This document shows, in pieces, positions 19,869-30,523 of a stretch of DNA of 64,000 nucleotides. The notes under the pieces are model-generated. The model saw nothing but the letters and a program-made list of their open reading frames with translations. It was not told where the DNA came from and did no database searches. The translations under genes and the position numbers were made by a program. Origin of the DNA: an uncultured Nitrososphaerota archaeon (GTDB lineage: Archaea; Thermoproteota; Nitrososphaeria; Nitrososphaerales; CADDZS01); NCBI GenBank assembly GCA_963799845.1, contig CAWCYI010000006.1:768001-832000 (forward strand), in the 5' to 3' direction. Numbering within the stretch: position 1 is the first letter of the stretch; every line of letters begins with the position of its first letter.

Positions 19869-21908
19869 CTACGACACAAAAGTCAGCGTGTTGAATATCG
19901 GAGCTGTGCTCTGACCGTCCCACACGGGATCAACGAGGAATCCTCTAACCACTGATTTTTGCCAAACGAGCGATCCCGCGGCGTACCACAGTGTGACCAG
20001 TCCGAGCCAGGCGTAGGGCGCGTCATTGTAGATCTGCTGCTGTGCAGTTTTGCACGTTGCCTGGATGTAAGAGGTGTTTGTGGTAGAAGTGAACGCATTG
20101 GCGCAGGCAACCGCAGACGCGCTTGAATATACGGCCCAGTTACCGTAAAGAGACTCGTTGCTTACGAATGTGAACCAGTAATCGGCTGGAGTCAAAGTTC
20201 CAGGGCCCCACTCTTCTGCGCCCAGAAGCGATAGAGAACCGATCTGGTTTGCACTAGAAACTTCGGAAGTGTAGGAACTATACGGTGCGTAGTAATTGGA
20301 AGTTTGTTGCACTATGATGTTGACTGAAATTCCGATCTGCGAGAGATCGCCCTGGACGATCTCGGCGGTGTTTATGCAAAACTCGCATCCAGAAATTACG
20401 GTGAAGTTTAGAACAGGGAAGTTCTGAATATTTGCAGCTTTCAGGTCGGCTTGGGCAAGAGTAACATTGTATTCGTACGGGGTGAAGTTGCCCAGGTCGT
20501 AGAACTGCTTCCAAGCCGGGTATTCGGGTCCGACAAACTGGGACAACTGTCCAAAGAATACTTTCTGGGTAATGTCTGAGTAGTTGATCGCATGAACGAT
20601 TGCCTGTCTCACTAGGGTAATGTTGGTGGGAAATGCAGCGCTGTTGATTGCAACTGCCGCGACCTCTCCGTTCCACGGAGGCAATGAAAAGTAAGCGAGC
20701 TTCGTTGGATTCTGCTGGACGAGATTCCAGTCGGCGGATTCGATCATCGAAACCTGTGAGGCCCCAGTCGAAAGATCGGTATACCTCGCCAGATCGTCCG
20801 GCTTGTAATTTATTACTACATTCTTTGCGTGCCCCGGATCAAAAATTGGCTGTTGAGCGATATCTGCGGAAGAGAGGTTCTTGCCCCAGTAGTTTGGATT
20901 CTGCGCGAACTGGACGTAGCTGTTTTCCGAGACCTGGGTGACAGTGTATGGCCCGCTGCCTGGTATCGGTTTCTGGTTGAAATTTGAGTTGAACTGGGTA
21001 GGCGTTCCAAAGCCTCCGTTGTCCAAGACGTACTGGGCGTCAAACATGAGGCCTTCGTACGCAACTAGCGTTCCGGGGAAATAAGAGAACGGAGCCTGAA
21101 GCTGGAACACGATCGTATAAGGTCCCGTGACATAAATCGGCCACGACGAGTTCTCCATTAGAGCAAGCGTACTTTGAGACGGATTTACAACTCCGCTTTG
21201 ATTAATCTGGGCGATTGTCCCTGGGCCGAAGTTTACATTGGTCATGTTGAACAGCGCGTAAGACTCCAGCCAGGTAGAACTATTGCCAGAGAGGTAGTAA
21301 AATCCGTACATTTCAAGCCAGACTTGGTATGCGTTGAACGCATTTCCGCTTGAGAACTTCACATCCTGTCGCAGATTCATCGTGTACTTCGAACCATCGG
21401 AAGAAACCGTCCAGTTGCTGACAAGCGCCGGGACATATTGAATTACTCCGGTGCCAAATTGCGCTGTCTGGTTAACTCCAATCAGGGGTTGGTAAACGGT
21501 GTCTATCACCCAGTTGGGCCAGGGTAGTGAGAACACCGCGTAAAGCTGGTTCAGGTCGTCCTCGGGCCAGTTTGCATCGTCTATTACTAGAGTATTGTGA
21601 AACGGGGAAGTGGAAGTAGCGGACGCCGATGAGCTCGTCGAAGATAGTGTTGATGTACTGGAAACAGTAGAAGAAACCGAGCTTAACGAGCTCGTCGTCG
21701 AAGGTGTCGCGGAGCTTGACAGCGATGTGCTGAGACTGGACAAAGAAGATGAGGAAATTGAGGATAGAGGGCTGGTGGTTTGACTGGAGCTGGTGGTACT
21801 CGTAACCGAAGCAAAGTACAGTCCCACTCCCGCTATGATCAAGATTACGACGATTATGACAACGACTACCGCCCTCGATACCGCTTCAATATCACTTCTA
21901 CCAGTCAT
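19869..21908 (-). CDS. Family 5 ABC transporter substrate-binding protein with Ser/Thr-rich linker
   Basis: N-terminal anchor, S/T run, LR..VKFS.G, P.G.GPY, NPNYW, VRQAI.HAIN. Confidence 0.9.
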   Translation of the reverse strand: MTGRSDIEAVSRAVVVVIIVVILIIAGVGLYFASVTSTTSSSQTTSPLSSISSSSLSSLSTSLSSSATPSTTSSLSSVSSTVSSTSTLSSTSSSASATSTSPFHNTLVIDDANWPEDDLNQLYAVFSLPWPNWVIDTVYQPLIGVNQTAQFGTGVIQYVPALVSNWTVSSDGSKYTMNLRQDVKFSSGNAFNAYQVWLEMYGFYYLSGNSSTWLESYALFNMTNVNFGPGTIAQINQSGVVNPSQSTLALMENSSWPIYVTGPYTIVFQLQAPFSYFPGTLVAYEGLMFDAQYVLDNGGFGTPTQFNSNFNQKPIPGSGPYTVTQVSENSYVQFAQNPNYWGKNLSSADIAQQPIFDPGHAKNVVINYKPDDLARYTDLSTGASQVSMIESADWNLVQQNPTKLAYFSLPPWNGEVAAVAINSAAFPTNITLVRQAIVHAINYSDITQKVFFGQLSQFVGPEYPAWKQFYDLGNFTPYEYNVTLAQADLKAANIQNFPVLNFTVISGCEFCINTAEIVQGDLSQIGISVNIIVQQTSNYYAPYSSYTSEVSSANQIGSLSLLGAEEWGPGTLTPADYWFTFVSNESLYGNWAVYSSASAVACANAFTSTTNTSYIQATCKTAQQQIYNDAPYAWLGLVTLWYAAGSLVWQKSVVRGFLVDPVWDGQSTAPIFNTLTFVS

Positions 21909-21962
21909 TGAAAGCCTATGGCCAGGAAAAACGGGATAAAAGCATACTGCAAGAAGCTCATT

Positions 21963-23111
21963 TCAGCGAGCTACGTTTTTGCTTTTTAGCGAATCCCCCA
22001 GTGCGTCCATCGTCGCGGCCATGAAGCTTCTCTGGGCCTGGTATCCCATGTGCCCTATTCTAAGAACTCGACCCTTCAACTCTTTGTAGCCGCCTCCGAT
22101 CAAGATCCCGCTCGTTTTAGCAACTTCCCGAATCAGCGCCGCGTCGTCTATTGATTCCGGCAGAGTTATCGCCGTCACTGTAGGGGAGCAATATTCGTCT
22201 CTTAGCGGCCATACTTTCAGCCCCATCTCTCTGACCCTTTGTCTGCAGAATCTCGCAACTTCAATGTGTCTAGAGAGGACGTTATCCAGGCCCTCTTCGA
22301 GAATCTCGTCCAGCGCTGCAGATACGGCATTTACTTCCGACGTGAAAGGAGTAAAGGGAAACCTCTTCTGCGCAATCCAAGTGTCCTTCCAATCCAGCAA
22401 CGAGACGTAGGATGTGCGAATCGGGGATTTCTTCTTCTCGATTTTCTCCCAGGCAAATTTGCTGATAGTCATTGGAGTTAGTGCACTCGGTGCTGAGATG
22501 CATTTCTGGGAGGCGCTTACTGCCATATCGATTCCCCATTCCTCAGGCAAAAATTCAGCGCCCGCAAGCGAGGCGACGCAATCGACAATCGTAAGCATGC
22601 CGAGACTTTTTGCCATTTTGCAAAGCTCTTCTGGGGGATTGAGCAATCCAGCCGGGGTCTCGCAGTGAACCATAGTCATCGCTACCGCATCTTTGTTTTC
22701 TTCTAGGAAAGCCTTGGCAAGATCAGTATCGAAGCACTTGTTTGGTTCCTCATGAAAATACACTGGAACTCCGCCGGCATTCTTTACAAATTCGCCAAAC
22801 CACTTTCCGAAGGGGCCGTTTTCAAAAACAAGAACTTTTTCCGCGGGGTTTATCGAACAGACGATGGCAGCTTCGAGTCCGAGAACTCCTTCTCCCTGAA
22901 GAATCAAGACATCGGTGCCGCTGGAGACCTTGAATACTCGCGTCATTTTTTTGACAGTTTCATCAAAGAATTCGATAAAGCCGGGATAGTAGTGGTAAAT
23001 TACCGGCTGAGCCAGCGCGGATAGCACTCTCGGCGATACCTCGACCGGCCCTGGAGTCATCAGCAATTTTATTCCGTCTCTAGCCTTGTTCCAATTTTCC
23101 AAGTCTCTCAC
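21963..23111 (-). CDS. Class V aminotransferase, pyridoxamine-pyruvate aminotransferase-like
   Basis: TPGP, YHY.P.F, QGEGVLGLEAA, SQKC, SLLDW...W...FPFTP..SE, RIGHMG. Confidence 0.75.
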   Translation of the reverse strand: MRDLENWNKARDGIKLLMTPGPVEVSPRVLSALAQPVIYHYYPGFIEFFDETVKKMTRVFKVSSGTDVLILQGEGVLGLEAAIVCSINPAEKVLVFENGPFGKWFGEFVKNAGGVPVYFHEEPNKCFDTDLAKAFLEENKDAVAMTMVHCETPAGLLNPPEELCKMAKSLGMLTIVDCVASLAGAEFLPEEWGIDMAVSASQKCISAPSALTPMTISKFAWEKIEKKKSPIRTSYVSLLDWKDTWIAQKRFPFTPFTSEVNAVSAALDEILEEGLDNVLSRHIEVARFCRQRVREMGLKVWPLRDEYCSPTVTAITLPESIDDAALIREVAKTSGILIGGGYKELKGRVLRIGHMGYQAQRSFMAATMDALGDSLKSKNVAR

Positions 23112-23117
23112 TTCACA

Positions 23118-25501
23118 TTACGATTTCGTCTTTCTTATCTTCCTCAAGACAAATTCGGGTTTCAGTGGTGTCTCCGTAATGAAATCGCCACTCATGTGCA
23201 TTACTGCATCATCGATCGCGTTGGCAACGGCGGCGGGAGCAACTACTGTTCCGCCCTCGCCCAAGCCCTTTGTATGAGAAGGATTTTGCTCGGACAAGGT
23301 TTCAATGTGATTTACTTCGATGTTCGGAGATTCGACGGCTGATGGCAAAAGATAGTCGAGGAAACTGCCTCCGTTTAACTGGCCGTCCTCGGTGTAAGAA
23401 ATCTCCTCGAAAATCGCTCCTCCCAGTCCTTCAACGATCCCTCCATGAACCTGACCGTCAACGACCATAGGGTTGATCATCTTTCCGCAATCTTCGACGA
23501 CTAGGAACCGGATAATCTTGAATTTGCCTGTTTCTTTATCGAGCTCGACCTCGCAGAACGTCATAGCATTGCTCCATGTTGCTGGAATCTCAGGTTCAAA
23601 GAAAGTCGTAGCTTCAAGCCCCGGCTGCACTCCCTTTGGAAGCTTGTCGGGTCTTCTGAGAGCTATCTGGGCAATCTCGGCAAGAGACACGCTTTTCCCC
23701 CGTCTACCTTCTGCGCCCTGTCTCACATCTCTCGGCGCGCCCTTGACAGAAAATGCGCCGTCCTCAAACATCTCGATATCCTCCGGCCTCGCTTCGATCA
23801 TCCCCGCGGCAATTTTCATGGCTTTCTCTCTGACTTTGGACGCGGATAATATAGCCGCGCTCGTTCCCAGAGGGGCGCCCCTGCTTCCCCACGTGCCCAT
23901 TCCGTACGGAACGGTATCGGTGTCGCCCCAGATTACCTGAATTTTTTCTATCGGCACGCCGAGCTCATCCGATACAGCTTGGGCGAGAGTGGTCTCGGAG
24001 CTCTGTCCGTGAGGGGCAAGACCGGTTAACACCTTGATCGAGCCATTTGGTTCGACTCTGACGGTCGCGACTTCGTATCCCAGCCCAACAGATCCGGCGG
24101 GGCCGAGAATTGCAGAGCCTATGCCGCCAATTTCAAGTAGAGTCGCGATTCCAATTCCCCTGTAGATTCCCTTCTTGCGCAGTTCCTCGTGCTCTTTGCG
24201 GAGGTTTCGATAATTCACAGCAAGGGCTCCGCTTGTAAGCGATTCAATCAGGCTGCACTTATCGTATACCAGACCGGTGGATGAGGTAAATGGGAACTCG
24301 TCGTCTCTGACGAGATTTTTCATCCTTACTTCGTAGGGATCTAGCCCTAGCTTGTGAGCAAGGATGTCAAGTATACGCTCCATCACGAAGTTCGCCGATA
24401 ACATTCCAGGGCCGCGAATGGAACCAATCGGAGTCTTATTTGTCAGGACGGCAATGTGATCGAAAAAATAGTTTTTGAAACGGTACGGCCCTGGCAAGAA
24501 TAATCCGGTGGTGACCATGGTAAACGTCAGTCCTCCCCAGGGAGACGCGCCATAAGCTCCCATATCCGCAATCATCTTGTCTCGCAAGCCAAGGATGGTT
24601 CCATCCTTTTTCGCGGCTACCTCGATGTAGTGAATCTGCTCGTGCGCATGAATCGCGAATGAGATATCCTCTGTTCGTTTTTCTATCCACTTTATCGCAC
24701 GTCCGGGAAGTAGAGTAGCCGCTAGGCACACGGAAACATCCTCTGTAAATATGTGACCCTTGAGACCAAAGGAGCCTCCAACATCTGGCATCCGGAAGTG
24801 CACCTTGTCCTCGGGCATCTTCAAAATAGCGGCAAAAAGTGTCCGCGCTACATGAGGAAACTGGACTTGGCTCCAGACATCGATCCTCCCGCTCAACCTA
24901 TCGTATTGTGCGATGATACCGCGGTTTTCGATCGGTGCCCCAGTATGGCGGTGGGTCTTGATTTTTTCTTTAACTATAATGTCTGCTTCGGAAAACGCCC
25001 GTTCAGTATCCCCTCCCTTGATCTCTGCTCGCTTTAGCAGGTTGTTATTCCAGTCGTCGTAAATTAGAGGAGTATCGGCATCCAGCGCTTTTTCCGGATC
25101 TACATTGCTTTCGAGCGGCTCGTACTCGACGCGAACCAATGAAACGAGATCTTCCGCAAGATATCCTTCAGTTGCAATAATCATGGCGACAGGTTCCCCG
25201 ACCCACCTTACCTTGCCATCCGCGAGCGGTCTGATTTTCGGGATGGGTGCATCGTGCTCCTTCGGAATGTAAAATGGTTCGACTTTATCATGAAAATCTT
25301 CGAAGGTGAAGCAAGCAACGAAACCCTCTTTGTCTCTCACTTCGGAAAAATCGATCTCGGTAATCTTTGCGTGAGCATAAGTGCTCCTGACGAACTCGAC
25401 AAACAAGACGTTGGGAGTGGAAATGTCGTCAAGGTATTTTCCTGAACCTGTGAGAAGACGGGATCTTCGACGCGCTTGACCGACTGTCCGACAAGTTTCA
25501 T
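23118..25501 (-). CDS. CoxL/CutL-like molybdopterin large subunit (L2); likely start ATG 25501 with frameshift at about 25461
   Basis: MKLVGQSVKRVEDP+RLLTG is restored by adding one C; GGSFG.K, SIRGPG, KG.GEGG. Confidence 0.9.
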
Positions 25502-25663
25502 TGACAATTTGATGTTTCCCTGATCTGTCCACTAATCTAAATTTTGTCGATGACGAATGAATAAGCCGTTATGATACAGGCCTAGTGAGCAGTTTCGAAC
25601 CGTAACTCGCATTGCAGTTATTAACCTTCGTCGGGTAAAACTTGGCTGTCTGAGGCGTTTCTC

Positions 25664-27238
25664 ATGAGCCAAAAAACCAGCGCAGTCATAGTTGGGGGAG
25701 GTCACAATGGACTCGTATGCGCTGCATATCTCGCGAAGGCGGGGCTATCGGTAGTCTTGCTCGAACAAAAATACATCGTTGGAGGTTGCGTGGTCACCGA
25801 AGAGATCACCCCTGGCTGGAGAGTGAATACCTACAGCTTCGAACACTATGTGATACAGAACACACCTATTATTTCCGATCTCTCGCTGGAGAGGTTCGGT
25901 CTCCGGTACTATTCGGTTGATCCGGCAGTTTTTTGCCCGTTCCCAGACCGTAGATACATGCTGCTATACCGCGAACTGAGCCGCACCCTCAAGCACATAG
26001 AGACGCTTTCAAAGAAAGACGCGCGAGCCTATGAAAAATTTCACATCAAATGGTCAAAGGTCTTGAGGGCAATCGGACTGGGCGCTCTTGCCGGTCCCTC
26101 TTCGTTCGAAGCTATCTTGACGAATTCTGGACTTTTCAATAGCAGCGCAGAAATTAATGAAATTGTCCAGGAATGCAGTCTTCCAGCTTCAAACATTCTA
26201 TCCGAAAATTTTGAAACCGAATACGTTCCTGCCCTTATTGCATTTTTGGGGCCCGCTGCGGTGGGGCAATCCCCGTCCGCTGCAAACACTGGCTGGTTGT
26301 GCGCGTGGCATCTCGGAGCTGAGCGACTCGCAAGGCCCGTGGGAGGATCCGGAGAACTTTCTCAATCTCTCGCAAACTCGGCAAAAGCAAACGGGGCTCA
26401 GATCCTGACCGGAGAAATGGTTTCCGAAATAATTGTCAAGAACGGGAAGGCGGTTGGCGTTAAGACGGTGAGCGGCAAGCAGTTTGATTCGGAGATCGTT
26501 GTTTCCAACGCAGATCCCAAACAGACATTGCTCAAGCTTGCAAAAGGCGCAGACTTTCTTGAGTTCGACGAGGTAAAGAAAATCGAATCAATCGTTGTTA
26601 GTACGGGCTTTACCTTCAAGGCCGACTACTTACTATCGGGGTTGCCGAATTATCTGTGCAGGCCTACGGAAAGGGGGTTGCCGAACGAATGCCACAAGGC
26701 TGCTACTTTCATTGCGCCGTCGGTTGAATTTCTCTCCGAAGCATTTGCAGAATATTCGAACGGGAAGAATCCGAAGGCCCCTGGCCTGATGGTCGCGCTG
26801 CACTCCACGACCGATAGCTCCCTTGCTCCTTCCGGAAAGCACAGCCTGGTTCTCGAAACTCGCTACACGCCGTACAAACTATACGGATTGAGCTGGACCG
26901 AATCCGACAAGGAAGCTGAAGCTGCGAGATTGCTCTCCATGTATTCGAAATACTGTCCTGAAGTTGACGACCTCGTTGAAAATTCAAGGGCAATGGCTCC
27001 ACAGGATATGGAAGCCGATGTGAAGATCCCACAGGGAAATTTCGTGCACGTCGACATGTCGTATAACCAGATGTTCGAGAATCGCCCCGCACCCGGATTG
27101 CTTAATGGCTATGAAGTCGATTCAATTTCAAACTTGTATCTCTGTGGTGCAGGGGCGTTTCCGGGCGGCGCTGTCAGCGGAATACCGGGACGCAATACGG
27201 CAAATCAGATTCTTAGGAAGCTCAGTTCTTCGTCCTGA
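25664..27238 (+). CDS. Phytoene desaturase-like FAD-dependent oxidoreductase
   Basis: GGGHNGL..AAYLA..G, GG....EE, LYLCGAG..PGG.V.G.PG.N. Confidence 0.88.
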   Translation: MSQKTSAVIVGGGHNGLVCAAYLAKAGLSVVLLEQKYIVGGCVVTEEITPGWRVNTYSFEHYVIQNTPIISDLSLERFGLRYYSVDPAVFCPFPDRRYMLLYRELSRTLKHIETLSKKDARAYEKFHIKWSKVLRAIGLGALAGPSSFEAILTNSGLFNSSAEINEIVQECSLPASNILSENFETEYVPALIAFLGPAAVGQSPSAANTGWLCAWHLGAERLARPVGGSGELSQSLANSAKANGAQILTGEMVSEIIVKNGKAVGVKTVSGKQFDSEIVVSNADPKQTLLKLAKGADFLEFDEVKKIESIVVSTGFTFKADYLLSGLPNYLCRPTERGLPNECHKAATFIAPSVEFLSEAFAEYSNGKNPKAPGLMVALHSTTDSSLAPSGKHSLVLETRYTPYKLYGLSWTESDKEAEAARLLSMYSKYCPEVDDLVENSRAMAPQDMEADVKIPQGNFVHVDMSYNQMFENRPAPGLLNGYEVDSISNLYLCGAGAFPGGAVSGIPGRNTANQILRKLSSSS

Positions 27239-27363
27239 CAAATTATCTTGCGTTCGGTTTTGGATATAGGAAGACTCGTTCTTTTTTCTCCAGTATTGGA
27301 AACAAACAGTTTCCATTTACCGCATACTGGAAAGTTCAGGAACTGAATCCCTGAATAGCAGCT

Positions 27364-27741
27364 TTGAGTACCTACTTCCAACACAGATCAATTCACAGTG
27401 AAAGAGTTATGGAAGCTAAAACACTACTACAGCAACAACCGAAAGATGGCGTATTCGTGAGAGCAATCAAAGCAAAAGAAGCGAATCGGAAAAATCTCGT
27501 ACTGGTCAAGAAAAAACCAGACATCCAAACTTACGTGGACATTCTGCGCGCCATACAGATGGGAGCCGGCTATCCAGGAATGATCGTCCTGAGTACGAAG
27601 ATTCAGTGGATCACCGTTATGCAGTGCCTTAGAACTCTGGAGCAGAAGGGACTGATATCGACTGGATTCGATGCCGAGACCGGAAAAGTAATTTCGCGAC
27701 TAACCGATACCGGAAGCCAACTTCTGGACAAGAACTCCTAA
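27364..27741 (+). CDS. Winged-helix DNA-binding protein
   Basis: Y.DIL.AI, L..LE.KGLI, LTD.G..LL. Confidence 0.7.
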   Translation: MSTYFQHRSIHSERVMEAKTLLQQQPKDGVFVRAIKAKEANRKNLVLVKKKPDIQTYVDILRAIQMGAGYPGMIVLSTKIQWITVMQCLRTLEQKGLISTGFDAETGKVISRLTDTGSQLLDKNS

Positions 27742-29093
27742 GAGGATTTTACAGCTGCTTCGTAGATCGACAATCCTCTTTGAAGCAGCTCGTCGGGTAT
27801 CACGAGGGGAGCCATGAACCTCAGCACGTTCCCATAATGCCCGCTCGTGTGCATCAAGAGTCCATTTTCGAACATTTGCTTCCTCATATTCACCGCCTTC
27901 TGTTTCGACGGAGACTTGATCCCCTTGTCGCTCACAATCTCGTTTCCGATCATGAATCCAACACCCCGGACATCTCCAACGGTGCTGCTCGAATTCCCAA
28001 TTCTTTCGAATTCGGGCAGTAATTTCTTGCCAGTAGTTTCAACTCGTTCAAGCAGGTTATTCCTCGCGATATAGTCGATGGTCGCAGAGCCTGCGGCGAG
28101 AGCCAGTGGATTTCCGCGGTAAGTACCAAGATGGAAACCCTCTGGGATAGATTCGTCGTACTCGCTTTTGTAGGCGATCAGAGATAGCGGTATTCCCTCG
28201 CCGACCGACTTTGAAATACAAAGGATGTCGGGGGTGGTGCCAGTCACCTCGCAACCCCAGAACTTTCCGGTTCTGCCGAAACCGCACTGAACTTCGTCAG
28301 AGATCAGAGGAATTTGATATCTGTCTGCAATTTCCCGCAGTCCCGGGAGGAAATCCGACGGCGGAACGATATATCCGCCTTCGCCCTGTATGGGCTCGAC
28401 GATGATTCCGGCGGGATCATCGACTCCCGAATATTCGTCTGAAATGACGTGCTCTAAATATCTGAGCACAACCTTACCTTCATCGCCCTTTTTTTCAACG
28501 GGGAATGGAAACCGGTAACTGTATGGATACGGAACGTGAAACACACCAGATCTCATAGTGCCAGAATATTCCACGTAATGCCTGCTCGAAGTTGCTCCGA
28601 CGATTCCCTGGTGAATCCCGTGGTATGAACCGCTGAACGCGATTATTGTCTTCTTTTTGGTCACGTGCTTAGCCAGGCTTATCGCAGCCTCGCATGCGTC
28701 TCCTCCCGTTACGGTGAATAGCACTTTGGCGTGCCCCTTCAACGATCCCGGTAGAATATTGTGAATTTTTTCAAGAAAATTGATCCTCACCTCTGTCGGA
28801 ATCTCCATCGTATGCCAAATTTTTCGCATTTGGTTTTGGACGGCTTCTGAAACGAATGGATTATTGTGTCCGAGATTTAAGACGCAAACCCCACTGAACC
28901 AATCTATGTAGAGGTTACCGTCAACATCTTTTACAGTAGATCCGGTCGCCGAATCGATTGCAAAGGGAAATGCCTTAGGATATACTGTAGCTCGAGTCTC
29001 AAGCAACCTTTGCTTTGCTAGCAATTCTCGCGACTTTGGTCCGGGTGGAGTAACCGTAATTAGCGGGGCTTCTTCATAGCTGACTTTTTGCAA
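27738..29093 (-). CDS. Class III aminotransferase (4-aminobutyrate aminotransferase-like)
   Basis: D.DGN.Y.D, EPIQGEGG, DEVQ.GFGRTG, SK, GT..GNP. Confidence 0.92.
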   Translation of the reverse strand: MQKVSYEEAPLITVTPPGPKSRELLAKQRLLETRATVYPKAFPFAIDSATGSTVKDVDGNLYIDWFSGVCVLNLGHNNPFVSEAVQNQMRKIWHTMEIPTEVRINFLEKIHNILPGSLKGHAKVLFTVTGGDACEAAISLAKHVTKKKTIIAFSGSYHGIHQGIVGATSSRHYVEYSGTMRSGVFHVPYPYSYRFPFPVEKKGDEGKVVLRYLEHVISDEYSGVDDPAGIIVEPIQGEGGYIVPPSDFLPGLREIADRYQIPLISDEVQCGFGRTGKFWGCEVTGTTPDILCISKSVGEGIPLSLIAYKSEYDESIPEGFHLGTYRGNPLALAAGSATIDYIARNNLLERVETTGKKLLPEFERIGNSSSTVGDVRGVGFMIGNEIVSDKGIKSPSKQKAVNMRKQMFENGLLMHTSGHYGNVLRFMAPLVIPDELLQRGLSIYEAAVKSS

Positions 29094-29371
29094 GAACTTT
29101 TTCCTCCAATGATTCGTTTGAATAATCTTGAACCATTTAACTTTACAGGCCAGCTAAAAAGTTGGTCCCGGACAACGGCGAGGAAAATTCCGAGCAAATA
29201 TCTGTCCGCTGCTTATAAGCAAAAGAGGCCGCTGGAACCCCAAACTCCGGCAGGTATTGTCGGCTGACGATTCCGTTCAGCTGAGGGCGCGATTTGCAGT
29301 TTTTGTGAAAAGCCTAGATTCGTTATTCCCACACCTTAGATTAGATGAGAGAAAAAGAGAGACTTCAGGAA

Positions 29372-29560
29372 TCACTCTAAAACTATACCCAGAACCATAA
29401 TCAAGAATCCAATAGCGGAAATCGCCAATTCCTGATACAGGCCGAGGCCGACTTTCGTTGCTCCGATGTCGCCTACGATAATAACTACCAGCCCGAGCAG
29501 GAATAACGGATACTTGAAATCGTGTGGAAGAATTCGTTTCCCGTGGTTTTGATGGCTCAT
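29372..29560 (-). CDS. Small two-TM membrane protein
   Basis: Two hydrophobic helices; co-oriented 12 nt after the Sdh-anchor-like gene. Confidence 0.6.
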   Translation of the reverse strand: MSHQNHGKRILPHDFKYPLFLLGLVVIIVGDIGATKVGLGLYQELAISAIGFLIMVLGIVLE

Positions 29561-29572
29561 TGCAAGCGACGC

Positions 29573-30274
29573 CTAAAACTTGAAGATTGTAAAGTCAATG
29601 TGTAAACCAGCGCTCAAACCCCTGAGATAAAGATCTACAAAAACAATTGTCATAAGACTGATCCAGGCGAGGGCTTCATGGTGAGAATTCCACCAACTCT
29701 GAACCCTCCAAAGAGAATTCCGGGCTGCGCCTCCACGAGTGCAGCTGTAGCAATCAATGTTCCCCCCAATCAGATGACGAAAAGCGTGGCAGGAAAGCGT
29801 CCATCCTGTGAGAGTCAGAGCGTTTGCTAATAGGATGAGGCTGCCAAGCCTGAGTGAATCGGAGAAGACAACGGACTCGTAAAAATCATAATAAAAGAAT
29901 GGCAAGAGCAGGATTCCGGCGTACAGAAAATACCTGTGCAAATTCTCAAACAGAAAGACCGCGTTTTTCTCTCCGGTATACTTTCTCGTCGCCTTGTCAA
30001 GGCGTTCTGGATTGTCGCAGGACAAAGGGTGGTGAAAGATATGCCTGTGATAGTCCTTTCTGTACGCATAGCATGTCAACCGGAATAAGCCGGGAATCGG
30101 GACGATCAGAACCGTAGGACTGTAGAAAGGATCAATATATCCTGTAATCGCGGCAACCGGATAAGTTATCAGGGCATAGCTACCGACAGCCAGAATCAGA
30201 ATAAAGGTCCAAAGCCGCCAGTTTGCTTCGACAAGCTCGTACGGGAAGAAGTATTGACTGGCAGATTTCTCCAA
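29573..30274 (-). CDS. Succinate dehydrogenase/fumarate reductase membrane anchor-like protein (mycobacterial Sdh1-type)
   Basis: PFYSP, FRLTCY.YRK.Y, N.HRYF.Y, SCH..RH..GG, H...AW.SL. Confidence 0.75.
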   Translation of the reverse strand: MEKSASQYFFPYELVEANWRLWTFILILAVGSYALITYPVAAITGYIDPFYSPTVLIVPIPGLFRLTCYAYRKDYHRHIFHHPLSCDNPERLDKATRKYTGEKNAVFLFENLHRYFLYAGILLLPFFYYDFYESVVFSDSLRLGSLILLANALTLTGWTLSCHAFRHLIGGNIDCYSCTRGGAARNSLWRVQSWWNSHHEALAWISLMTIVFVDLYLRGLSAGLHIDFTIFKF

Positions 30275-30523
30275 TTCCTATCGACGAGTCCGAAAGAAAA
30301 TTTCCGGTATCAATTATTATGCATTGTCCCGAAGGACTTCTGATCTATTTGGCGTCGCAAAGATCAACATTGCTTAAATAGAATTATCCACGACTTGCAA
30401 TTTTATCTTAAGAAAAAAGAATCGTGAGAGGAGTTTGGTTTCAATTTGAGTTGGGGTACACTTGCCGGGGAAAAGAAAGTCGACACCGAGATAGAGGCAC
30501 ATCCGCGACCGCACAGGAGTTGT

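Noticed and set aside
21610-21810. Low-complexity repeats here and at about 53950-54170
   Set aside because: They encode Ser/Thr linkers of secreted proteins
23118-25532. Aerobic CO dehydrogenase
   Set aside because: Active-site loop is SIRGPG, not form I AYxCSFR; no cox accessory genes nearby
25664-27238. Carotenoid biosynthesis crtI
   Set aside because: No crtB or crtY nearby; motifs fit the broad uncharacterised subfamily
29150-29310. Possible ncRNA (palindromic GCTTATAAGC, CGGCTGA...TCAGCTG hairpin)
   Set aside because: No match to tRNA, TPP riboswitch or clear C/D architecture; too little evidence
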